Below are positions 27,022-35,227 of a DNA stretch of 39,203 bases, piece after piece. Each line of letters begins with the position of its first letter. Within the stretch, counting starts at the first letter, position 1. A program made the position numbers and the translations under genes. This DNA is from a virus (lineage: Duplodnaviria; Caudoviricetes), in the IMG/VR virus record IMGVR_UViG_3300047282_000628, positions 1 to 39,203 of that record, one strand, 5' to 3'. The notes below the pieces were generated by a model. That model made no database searches. It was given only the letters and a program-made list of their open reading frames with translations, and was not told the DNA's origin.

Positions 27022-27104
27022 GTGAGGCGACTGTCGTTTTTCTCGTTTCCGACAGTCCGTAAGCGAACCGGCTTGCCAGGCGCCTGGGGAGTCGGCGGCC
27101 TCAC
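27022..27104 (+). ncRNA. Candidate structured cis-regulatory RNA (three-way junction)
   Basis: P1 GTGAGGC/GCCTCAC, P2 GACTGTCG/CGACAGTC, P3 CCGGCT..CCAG/CTGG..AGTCGG. Ends 11 nt before ATG 27116. Confidence 0.45.
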
Positions 27105-27115
27105 TTCAACTTCTT

Positions 27116-27433
27116 ATGGACTTACTTCTTTCAAAAGAACTTCAAGAGATACTACGCAGCATCGACACCTCGTTACAGATGTTGGCGAACTCAAAGACGG
27201 GCGGTATGACCACAGCGTTCGTCAACAAAAAAGCGCTCGCAGCACGGTTAGGAGTACAACCTGTAGCTATAGATAAACTGGTATACCAAGGATTAACCTC
27301 AGGAGGAACCTCAGGTTTAATCGAAGGTAGACACTATTGCAAATTAGACCCTACGGAAAACAACATCTCGAATTTTCTATTTGATTCGACTAGAGTTCTT
27401 TCCGACGCCTGGAAAAACTTTACCAACTATTAA
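27116..27433 (+). CDS. Xis/MerR-like HTH DNA-binding protein
   Basis: FVNKKALAARLGVQPVAIDKLVYQG...LIEGRHY. Confidence 0.6.
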   Translation: MDLLLSKELQEILRSIDTSLQMLANSKTGGMTTAFVNKKALAARLGVQPVAIDKLVYQGLTSGGTSGLIEGRHYCKLDPTENNISNFLFDSTRVLSDAWKNFTNY

Positions 27434-27434
27434 G

Positions 27435-27860
27435 ATGCCGGAATTTAATCAAAAAGCAAAACGGCTGGCCAACAGCCTGTTTAGTAAATCAGAGGTACAA
27501 AACCGTATTTCTCTAAATGCGGTAAAAATGATTATTGGTGATGTAGTTACTCTATACACCGAATTCCGTAAAGCGGATGGGATTGGGGCTTTATTTTTTA
27601 ATCCTCAGCGCCCGGATGACTCACAGTATCTGACGCTAAGCGACATCCATAAAGATATCGCTCTAGCTGAAGAGCTTATGAACGAGGAACTTTGCGACTT
27701 CCTCAAGAAGCTCGTAAATTTAATCCAGTCTGAGTCAGAAAACGAATCACCAATAGTGGTGATGATCGATCACTCCGGAATGAGTGTACATGTAATTGAT
27801 CTTAATTTGGCGGAAGAGATGATTACACAGCGTATGAACGATGCCATTAGCGGCGTATGA
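27435..27860 (+). CDS. Hypothetical protein
   Basis: ATG 1 nt after the upstream stop. Confidence 0.65.
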   Translation: MPEFNQKAKRLANSLFSKSEVQNRISLNAVKMIIGDVVTLYTEFRKADGIGALFFNPQRPDDSQYLTLSDIHKDIALAEELMNEELCDFLKKLVNLIQSESENESPIVVMIDHSGMSVHVIDLNLAEEMITQRMNDAISGV

Positions 27861-28419
27861 TTTTGTGTCCCCCGTGGACGTTGCTGCAACCACAGCGGCA
27901 TTCTTTGGGGGACAAATAGATCTCGATCCGGCATCGAGTAAGTATGCAAACACAATTGTGGGAGCCAAGCGGTACTTCACAGTTGCCGACAACGGTCTAA
28001 AACAGAAATGGAAGGCCAGATCTGTTTATTTATATCCTCCAAGAGATTTCTTAACTAGCGGAGAGCAGCCACCAGATCCGTCGTTGTATCACAGGCGTAA
28101 AAGATTTCAAAGATCTGCTCAACGCGTCTGGTTAGAAGAAGCATATAGGAGATACGTACGACAAGAATTCGATGAGGCCATAATTTTTTTAACTTCAGCT
28201 GAAGTTGCTTTGATAACAACTCAAAAACTGAATATTGATTTACCTCTATGTGTGATGCGGGAACATCCAAAAATTTTTATAGACAACCCGGATTTAACAC
28301 TGATCCCTAAAACTAGATGTCACGGGTTTATCTATTACATGCCTTCTGTAAATAATACAGAGGAGCGTATTAACGAATTTTGCTCTCTCTATAGTAACCT
28401 TGGTCGGGTATTTGTTTAA
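27841..28419 (+). CDS. Phage Dam-like N6-adenine methyltransferase homologue with altered catalytic motif
   Basis: FVSP...IDLDPASS..AN..V.AKRYFT..DNGLKQKW...VYLYPPR where NPPY is expected...AIIFL. Confidence 0.75.
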   Translation: MPLAAYDFVSPVDVAATTAAFFGGQIDLDPASSKYANTIVGAKRYFTVADNGLKQKWKARSVYLYPPRDFLTSGEQPPDPSLYHRRKRFQRSAQRVWLEEAYRRYVRQEFDEAIIFLTSAEVALITTQKLNIDLPLCVMREHPKIFIDNPDLTLIPKTRCHGFIYYMPSVNNTEERINEFCSLYSNLGRVFV

Positions 28420-28684
28420 TTATTTCTATAGTTCCATAATCGTTATCAGGTCCAAAAGTATCTTGTTCGCCAAAACCAATACCCGTTGGTGTTTGCCTCA
28501 TACGTTCCGATCGGCGGGCACGAGCTAAACGAAAAGATCGTTGGTCTCCGTTCTCTTCCCACACTGATCCGGCAAATCGAATGTCTCGACGCTGCCTATA
28601 TTTGTAATCATGTTTAGCGGAAGGTGCGTTTGCGTGAAACTCAACCTTCCGTTCATGCTTGGATAAATTCCAAGGACTAGACAT
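28370..28684 (-). CDS. Hypothetical protein
   Basis: Basic ORF whose start overlaps the upstream stop, contains IRFAG. Confidence 0.55.
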   Translation of the reverse strand: MSSPWNLSKHERKVEFHANAPSAKHDYKYRQRRDIRFAGSVWEENGDQRSFRLARARRSERMRQTPTGIGFGEQDTFGPDNDYGTIEIIKQIPDQGYYRESKIR

Positions 28685-29213
28685 TGTAAGTATACAGTTG
28701 CTTAAAGGAGTCAGTATCACTCCTAATAGTAGGAGGTTTTGTGGCTAACCCCATATACATGGGATTTAGTAGATTCTCGAAGGCCGGATTTTTAGAAGAA
28801 ACAGTAAAAGCCTGCTGGGGAGCAGCTAGCGTGTCATACAGACGCTGACTCACACCCTGGGCAACGCCCCCAGTAGCTCCGGTATATAACTGGGCTGCAC
28901 CTTTAAGATAATCCGTGAGTTGTGAAGTGCTAGGAGAAGCTAGTAAGTTAGGCTGAAAATTAACTAACTTAGGTTCGTACTCGGATTTAACTGCTCCCAC
29001 GGTGTCGTAAAAGCGCTTAGTAGCCTCATCTACATATTCCGGCATAGAAGTGCCGGTTAAGCTGCCGAGAGTCTCCGCTGCCTTCTCAAATTTGTTCTCG
29101 TATTTACCAGTTTTTCTCTCAAGCTCATTAACGAGTTTTTTCTGCTGCTTCTTGGCTTGATCAACTGCTTCTTGGGCAGCTTGACGAGCTTGTTCAGCGG
29201 GAGATGCGCCCAT
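28677..29213 (-). CDS. Hypothetical protein, probably internal virion
   Basis: Helical A/Q/K-rich, coupled to the lysin gene. Confidence 0.6.
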   Translation of the reverse strand: MGASPAEQARQAAQEAVDQAKKQQKKLVNELERKTGKYENKFEKAAETLGSLTGTSMPEYVDEATKRFYDTVGAVKSEYEPKLVNFQPNLLASPSTSQLTDYLKGAAQLYTGATGGVAQGVSQRLYDTLAAPQQAFTVSSKNPAFENLLNPMYMGLATKPPTIRSDTDSFKQLYTYNV

Positions 29214-30547
29214 CAGAGTAACGGTTGTCCTTTGCGTATTCTATCGGCAAAAATATCTCGATACCGCAGAACTTCTGGACTTGTTGTGTTTTTACCAGGA
29301 TCATACATGTCCCAGGATACGTGAGCCCCGGTCGTAGATCCTGTGCGACCCTGAGTACCGATTAAGGTCCCAGGTCCAATAACAGCACCCGGTTTAAGTT
29401 GAGGATTAACCTTATCGAAATGGGCTAAACGCACGTCAAAGGCTTTCCCATCGGGAGTCTTAACACGTAGATCCACATAGTTACCGTACCCACGCTTGCC
29501 AGGACCTTTCTCAAGGTTGGTTTCCCAATTTTGATTACCGACGACTTTGACTACCTGAGCGTTAAACGGTGCGCGGAACGCAGCTCCTCGGCCACCCGGA
29601 ATTACAAAGTCAAAACCAGGCTCACCTGTTGTGTCCTTAGCTGAAGTTAAAACAGCTCCTTTATACGCAAGACCTTTACCCGCTGTGGGCAGAACCGTAT
29701 CCTCCACGGTGTCTGGAAGTTCAGAGGCACCCCGAACGGTATTAGCGTACTTCTCAAGTATCTCTTGTTGTTTATTGTACTCTGATACATTTTGTTTTGT
29801 TTCTATGTACTTACTTATAAGCTGCATTGGATCCAGACCGCCGCTGAAATCTTTTATAGTCTGCGCCTGAATAGCTTGATTTCTATATTCTTCAGCTAAA
29901 GCTTGATCTTCGATACTCGTGCTCTCATCTAACTTATCGGCAGCTGCTAAATAAGCTTGAGCATCGGTAGAAGTCGCAGAGGATGCAGGATTTAATAAGT
30001 TGCGGGCAAGAAAATCAGAAGCAACTTGTGTAAATATCTGATTAAAATCTTTCCTCGGTAGAGCTATAGGTTCGGGAGGAGGAGTCGTACCACCGTCGGC
30101 AGCAGCATTTAGAACACCCTGTCCAGAAGCGAGGGCATCCGTAAAGCTGAATTTATCGGGACCAATAATCTTACTTATATAGTTTTTAGTTTCAGCAGGA
30201 AAATACTTACCAACACTACCGGGACCCGCATTGTAAGCCTGTAGGGCCTTTTCGTAGGCAGTACGAACTTTTACGGGATCAGAGGTCCCAGCTCCACCAT
30301 ACGTTTTAATGTAAGCTGCCATGTTCTTAGCGGCAGCATCCAAAGAAGCAACGGGATCCCGTGGATTTACACCCCAGCCCTTCGCCGTAGAGGGCATAAT
30401 CTGAGCAATGCCTGTCGCACCCGCTGACGAGACTGCTGCAGGATTAAACCCAGACTCCGCCGCTATTTGCCGCTCAAAAACTTCCGGTATTAAGCCGTAT
30501 TTAGCCGCCTTTTGCCGGGCAATCTCCCGATAATCAAGAGGGGCCAT
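29213..30547 (-). CDS. Virion-associated lysin: lytic transglycosylase (SLT) plus M23 peptidase-like domain
   Basis: QIAAESGFNPAAVSSAGATGIAQIMPST...AYNAGPG...ETKNY, C-terminal GYGNYV...LAHF...GTQGRTGSTTGAHV. Confidence 0.88.
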   Translation of the reverse strand: MAPLDYREIARQKAAKYGLIPEVFERQIAAESGFNPAAVSSAGATGIAQIMPSTAKGWGVNPRDPVASLDAAAKNMAAYIKTYGGAGTSDPVKVRTAYEKALQAYNAGPGSVGKYFPAETKNYISKIIGPDKFSFTDALASGQGVLNAAADGGTTPPPEPIALPRKDFNQIFTQVASDFLARNLLNPASSATSTDAQAYLAAADKLDESTSIEDQALAEEYRNQAIQAQTIKDFSGGLDPMQLISKYIETKQNVSEYNKQQEILEKYANTVRGASELPDTVEDTVLPTAGKGLAYKGAVLTSAKDTTGEPGFDFVIPGGRGAAFRAPFNAQVVKVVGNQNWETNLEKGPGKRGYGNYVDLRVKTPDGKAFDVRLAHFDKVNPQLKPGAVIGPGTLIGTQGRTGSTTGAHVSWDMYDPGKNTTSPEVLRYRDIFADRIRKGQPLL

Positions 30548-30583
30548 TTCTACATTTGCTCTTTATTTATTGTACGTTTATTT

Positions 30584-30841
30584 TCAGTTATCTTCGGAAG
30601 CTTCCTCAGGATCAAATAGATTCATATTGGTCTCCACAGCGATCCCGCATTCGTGCATAACGGTCTTATAAGCTCGCTCACGGCAAATTAATTTAAAAAC
30701 CGTAGCCCAAAGGTACTGATCGCGTTCCTTAGGATCATCTAGCGAATGAGCCTTAGTTCGGATTCGGGTTAGGACAAACTCGTCCTCAAGGGTCAGACCG
30801 CAATTGATGTCCGACAAATCCTGGTCTTTACGGCGGCCCAC
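30584..30841 (-). CDS. nblA: NblA-like protein (copy 2)
   Basis: GLTLEDEFVLTRIRTKAHSL...YL......ICRERAYKTVM matches LSLEQQF...RE..Y..L. Confidence 0.65.
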   Translation of the reverse strand: MGRRKDQDLSDINCGLTLEDEFVLTRIRTKAHSLDDPKERDQYLWATVFKLICRERAYKTVMHECGIAVETNMNLFDPEEASEDN

Positions 30842-30923
30842 GACTATAGAGCGGCTAATTACAGCTTAGCCCCTCCAAACAACACTGGTTAAAAGTATAC
30901 TCAGCGCACCTAGTGATACTATA

Positions 30924-31172
30924 TTACCAAGCACGGCAGCTCCAATAGCCCGGAGTCAGCTTACTTTTCTTTTCATCACAGCTGTGGCGGGAGCGGAAAG
31001 CAGCTCGGCGCTCAGGATCGTCACTCCGATTCTCCATATTCGGATCCCCAAAACGAACCAGACGAACCTCATCGCCTTCTTTAGCCGCTACAGAAAACTC
31101 CTTACCGCCCTGAACGTCACGCTTCGGCACATTGTAATTTTTAAAAATTTCTCCTGCGATACGAATTGACAC
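30924..31172 (-). CDS. Conserved small phage protein
   Basis: VRFGDPNM....DPERRAAFRSRHSC...YWSCRAW pattern. GTG 31172 preferred because TATGAT lies 22 nt upstream. Confidence 0.7.
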   Translation of the reverse strand: MSIRIAGEIFKNYNVPKRDVQGGKEFSVAAKEGDEVRLVRFGDPNMENRSDDPERRAAFRSRHSCDEKKSKLTPGYWSCRAW

Positions 31173-31300
31173 GAGACTCATTCAACTCGTCTTAATCATA
31201 CCAACTGAAACCTTAAGAAGATATTAGGCTTCGAATACTGCGTTGCGACTAGGACAAATAGGGTTACCATGGCATCGTTGCTTCTCTACAAGAGCACTAA

Positions 31301-31570
31301 ATGTCGGACGGTAAAACTCTCCTTACAATCGCAGAAACAGCTGAACTGCTTAACTGCAGCAGTGGGTTTGTTCGTAAGCGGATTGCACTCGCTGAAGCTA
31401 ATCAGCCCGGTGGTTGGCCTAAAAGCGTATACGTGAATCTGCAGCCTAATGGTGCAAAATCGTTGTACCGTGTGAACAAGTCGGCTCTGGAAGAGTACCT
31501 GCAAGGCACAACTGGCGCTAAAGTAGAAACTGCAGAAGCTCCCGCTACCGCTGCAGCTTGCTCTTTCTGA
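31301..31570 (+). CDS. Excisionase-like HTH DNA-binding protein
   Basis: LLTIAETAELLNCSSGFVRKRI...YRVNKSALEEYL. Confidence 0.75.
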   Translation: MSDGKTLLTIAETAELLNCSSGFVRKRIALAEANQPGGWPKSVYVNLQPNGAKSLYRVNKSALEEYLQGTTGAKVETAEAPATAAACSF

Positions 31571-31571
31571 T

Positions 31572-32153
31572 ATGACTTACTCCGCCGCATTTGAATCTGG
31601 TAATCCGATGGCCCCACAGGGGGACATGCCGGTCCAGCAAATGATCATCGGCGAAGTAGACGTAAAGCCAGCGGCATCAGTTGACGAGTTAATCTCGCAG
31701 CTGGTGTCGCTTTCTTCCTATCTGAATCAGTTGTACACCCAATCACACCTGATTCATTTAAACCTCGAAGGTCCTCTCTTTATACCCGTTCACGAGTTTC
31801 TGAAGGAACAGTACGCAGCACACATCGAGCAGTTCGATGCGATTGCTGAGTTTGTCCGCACGATGGATTATTTGATGCCAATGTGTGACCGAGGACTAGC
31901 TTCGGCATATAAAGGATTTAAACATGTAAAATCATATGACACTAGAGAGATGCTTACGGTCTATACTAAGAACCTGGAAGCCTGCGGCATGATGGCGAAA
32001 GACGTTGGCTGCATGGCAAAAGAAGTGGGAGCACCCGACGTAGAAAATTATGCAGCCGAGCTTGTCGGCATGATGTTTAAAGGCGCGTGGTTCTTAAAGG
32101 CCACCCTTCGCAACGGTTCGGAAACTCCGTTAAGTAAGAGCCCAGCCAGCTGA
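31572..32153 (+). CDS. dps: Dps family ferritin-like protein
   Basis: SHLIHLNLEGPLFIPVHEFLKEQY....FDAIAE with ferroxidase H,H,D,E, and KGAWFLKA. Confidence 0.85.
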   Translation: MTYSAAFESGNPMAPQGDMPVQQMIIGEVDVKPAASVDELISQLVSLSSYLNQLYTQSHLIHLNLEGPLFIPVHEFLKEQYAAHIEQFDAIAEFVRTMDYLMPMCDRGLASAYKGFKHVKSYDTREMLTVYTKNLEACGMMAKDVGCMAKEVGAPDVENYAAELVGMMFKGAWFLKATLRNGSETPLSKSPAS

Positions 32154-32771
32154 GGTATAGATAAATAATCCGCTGGGGGCGTTTGTCTGATAGAACAACG
32201 TCCCCACGGGGGCAGATCCCGGCAGTGTTGTTACGACTGAAGCGGAGGGTATCCCCGAGGCTACATTTGCATTAAGTGCGCCGGATGAGAGGATAGCGCC
32301 TGATGCAGATAAAGCCCCAGATGCTCGGATGCATCCAGAAGCGGATAAAGCACCCGACGCCAATATTGCCCCCGAAGCTAAGACTGCTCCCGACGCAACA
32401 ACAGCAGAGCCAGCTGAACTAGCGTTTGTGGCGCTACTAGCAGACGTAGCTGTATCCGCAAAACCGGCGCCAACCTTTACCCAGGTAGAGCCGTTCCAAA
32501 CTTTAAAGTAATAATTACTGGTTGAACTATCAACCCAAGTTTCGCCAACAGAATTACCGGCTAACCCCACGGGGGCCGAGTTTGGCGCTGTGGCAGCGTA
32601 ATGATTAGGTCCAAGCTTTCGGATCGAACCAGCTGAATCTTCAAAATAAAGACCAGGATCCGTGGCACCAAAAGCCAGCGCAAGTTCACCATTCTGTACA
32701 ACCGTTCCGCTAGGTCTGTCGGATGACTGACCCGAACGCTTAAGAAGTAAAACAACTGGTGTAGATGTCAT
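32130..32771 (-). CDS. Tail fibre-like protein with ASG hexapeptide repeats
   Basis: LKRSG...GELAL...GLYF N-terminus, GETWVD...KVWNGSTW, (ASGxxx)7. Confidence 0.7.
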   Translation of the reverse strand: MTSTPVVLLLKRSGQSSDRPSGTVVQNGELALAFGATDPGLYFEDSAGSIRKLGPNHYAATAPNSAPVGLAGNSVGETWVDSSTSNYYFKVWNGSTWVKVGAGFADTATSASSATNASSAGSAVVASGAVLASGAILASGALSASGCIRASGALSASGAILSSGALNANVASGIPSASVVTTLPGSAPVGTLFYQTNAPSGLFIYTSAGWALT

Positions 32772-34306
32772 GTGTAAACGCCTCCGTTAATAGGGAAGCT
32801 AGGAGTAGGTATTAACTGACCATTAGTATACTGACCCCCGTTAAGTGTATTAACGGGTTGATTAACCAAGACTCCATTAGCGTATTGACCGCCATCATAT
32901 ACCTGTAAATTATCTACGTTTACGGGAGCAAAAGGATCGAACTCATCGACCGTAAACATCTGAAAACTGTCGGCCTGTAGCGGCAAATTAGAATTTATAT
33001 TCCCACTATTTAACGTCTTACTCATCATGTTGTACATATCTGGGTACATCATGTGAGTCGGCATATCGTTTTTACTAGGGCTATACCGTTCCCACCACCG
33101 GAGATCTCGTTCTCTTCTATAAAAATCAGTTTGTTTCTGAAGATCTATCTCAAACTTCTCTCGATAGTATTCGTTCATAGGCTCATCATTTGGTTGAGGT
33201 AACCAAGGAGAGCTGACGCTATTTTGCCCAAAACGATACTTCAAATCCCACATAGCGGCGTAAATATGCTTACACCAACGGGGTTGATAATAGTAAACGT
33301 TAGGATCAGAATAACTTGTTTCAGAATACTGAGGTATATTATAAATCTCATTAAGGTATATAAAACCAAAACCTCTAGCCCAACCAGGGCTGTCGCTACT
33401 TTTTTGTAAACGATCTGGACCTAAATCGGGGCCAGCATCGTAAAAACCAGGGTCAAAGTTTTGAACCCGAGTGTACGGGTATTTACGACGTAAAGATAAA
33501 TCGTAAAGATTAAAACCTTCACGAGCTAAGAAATCAGGACACGTACACTGAGACCGCATTTCGGTAGTCAAGTACTCTCCCACAGCGGGAGGACCTGAAG
33601 CTGGGACCGCTAATGTGTTTGCATCTACAACAGCCCAACTATTAGTTTTGGCGTGGGATAAAAATAAAGTGTTGTAGATGGGAGCGTATCCGGGGTTTTT
33701 AACCGGAACGCCATTTATACCTATAGCTGTAACCGTGTAATTATTAAAACCGTATTGTTTATCCGTACCAGCGGCGGTAAATCGATTCGATAAAACTTCG
33801 CCAGTAAAAAATGAAATTGGAGCACCAAAACTGGTATTTAAACGAACGGCATAAGTTTCTTCGTCATAATCAGATACAGCCGAAATGGCATAACCAAAAT
33901 TCAAAAAGTTAAAAGAATCCCGAGGTCTAATTCCAACCATCCACATGCGCATATCCGCGCGAGTGGTGGGATACATAAAAGCAATCCCAGGCAGAAATAT
34001 GCCTATTCCGGGAGTGCCTAGTAAATAATATTTGAAGCTATAAGTTAAACCGTCATATGCCTGCTGCGAGTACATCGCCAGCTCATAACCCCGCCGCCAG
34101 CGGCTCCACAGAGATGCATAGTCATAATCACTAAGGATGCTGAAATCCTTAGTTCCCGTAGCAGGACGAAAACGACGTTTAAAAGGTAGAGGATTTATTA
34201 ACTGGGAAGGATTATCGGCGCCAGGTACATTAGACGGCTGCTCAAAACCTTGATTAGCCTTTAAAGACCTGAAACCGAAGTTATCCGACCCCTTGCGTCG
34301 GGCCAC
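32768..34306 (-). CDS. Large protein with split SWIM-type Zn finger
   Basis: QCTCPDF...88 aa...WCKHIYAAM, three C-terminal (D/N)GGxY repeats. Confidence 0.65.
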   Translation of the reverse strand: MARRKGSDNFGFRSLKANQGFEQPSNVPGADNPSQLINPLPFKRRFRPATGTKDFSILSDYDYASLWSRWRRGYELAMYSQQAYDGLTYSFKYYLLGTPGIGIFLPGIAFMYPTTRADMRMWMVGIRPRDSFNFLNFGYAISAVSDYDEETYAVRLNTSFGAPISFFTGEVLSNRFTAAGTDKQYGFNNYTVTAIGINGVPVKNPGYAPIYNTLFLSHAKTNSWAVVDANTLAVPASGPPAVGEYLTTEMRSQCTCPDFLAREGFNLYDLSLRRKYPYTRVQNFDPGFYDAGPDLGPDRLQKSSDSPGWARGFGFIYLNEIYNIPQYSETSYSDPNVYYYQPRWCKHIYAAMWDLKYRFGQNSVSSPWLPQPNDEPMNEYYREKFEIDLQKQTDFYRRERDLRWWERYSPSKNDMPTHMMYPDMYNMMSKTLNSGNINSNLPLQADSFQMFTVDEFDPFAPVNVDNLQVYDGGQYANGVLVNQPVNTLNGGQYTNGQLIPTPSFPINGGVYT

Positions 34307-34309
34307 GAC

Positions 34310-34864
34310 TTAATAGAATCCGCCTTGAGCGAAAATAGTAATACCGGAAGGACTTAAACCGCCAGAAATAGACGTAGGACCATTCCCTATGTAACCGGCG
34401 CAGAGAATATAACCCTTCTCTAAATAAAGACCCTCACCTTTACCGATCTGAATCGGAGCAACAATGGCGGTATCACCAACTTGGGGAACAGGGGCGTTAA
34501 TACCAAATAACTGAACCGATTGGGGGTAACCGAAGGTGCTTCCACTCAGTCCGACTTCAAAACGGCCGACCATTAAAGCCGCCGATGTAGAGGGAGCAGC
34601 TTGGTTAGGAGCGTATACATACAGACCGATATCGGCTGTACGGATACCGCTGTTATCGGGATAATCCTCGTTACTTACAATCGTTATGTCCTCGACGAGG
34701 GCAGCATCCTCGGAGGGGAGGTCGCCCACGCGGACTAACTGAATTAAATCAGTCAGATTCGGGTTTGTAGGATTACAAGTTCCGGTGCCATTGTTAATTC
34801 GAGCGCCCCGAAGAAAAGGGCGATCAATTAAACAGGGCTGCTTGTTTGTGGAGGAGCTCGACAT
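34310..34864 (-). CDS. Hypothetical virion protein
   Basis: 184-aa beta-rich ORF in the structural block. Confidence 0.6.
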   Translation of the reverse strand: MSSSSTNKQPCLIDRPFLRGARINNGTGTCNPTNPNLTDLIQLVRVGDLPSEDAALVEDITIVSNEDYPDNSGIRTADIGLYVYAPNQAAPSTSAALMVGRFEVGLSGSTFGYPQSVQLFGINAPVPQVGDTAIVAPIQIGKGEGLYLEKGYILCAGYIGNGPTSISGGLSPSGITIFAQGGFY

Positions 34865-34866
34865 GA

Positions 34867-35199
34867 TTAAATACCACCTGCTTTGGAGATATCTGTAGAA
34901 CCTGTTTTAGTTTTTAAATCGATATCTTCTTCTTTCTCCCTTAAGAGTTTCTCCAACAAGATTGCCAAGGAAGAATCTTGTTTGTCTCGGTTAAAGTACT
35001 CGGAAAGCTTACTTGTAGCCATCCCCATCGGGGCTGGAAGTTCACCACGAATACCTCGGATTAAGTTACCGACACCCTCACCTAAGGCTCCAATACCGGC
35101 TAATGTTCCTCCCCAGTCAAAGGGTTTGGGTGTTTCCGCGAATTTCATCGCGTCCCAAATAGGGCCTGTATTGAAATCAGATCCTTGGGAGTAAGTCAT
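34867..35199 (-). CDS. Hypothetical protein, internal virion/pilot-like
   Basis: Glycine-zipper GGTLAGIGALGEGVGNLIRG. Confidence 0.55.
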   Translation of the reverse strand: MTYSQGSDFNTGPIWDAMKFAETPKPFDWGGTLAGIGALGEGVGNLIRGIRGELPAPMGMATSKLSEYFNRDKQDSSLAILLEKLLREKEEDIDLKTKTGSTDISKAGGI

Positions 35200-35227
35200 T
35201 ACTCGACCTCAATATCAGTAGTTTAAC

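Noticed and set aside
27116-31570. Integration/excision module implied by Xis-like genes
   Set aside because: No integrase or att-like repeat in the window, so lifestyle cannot be determined.
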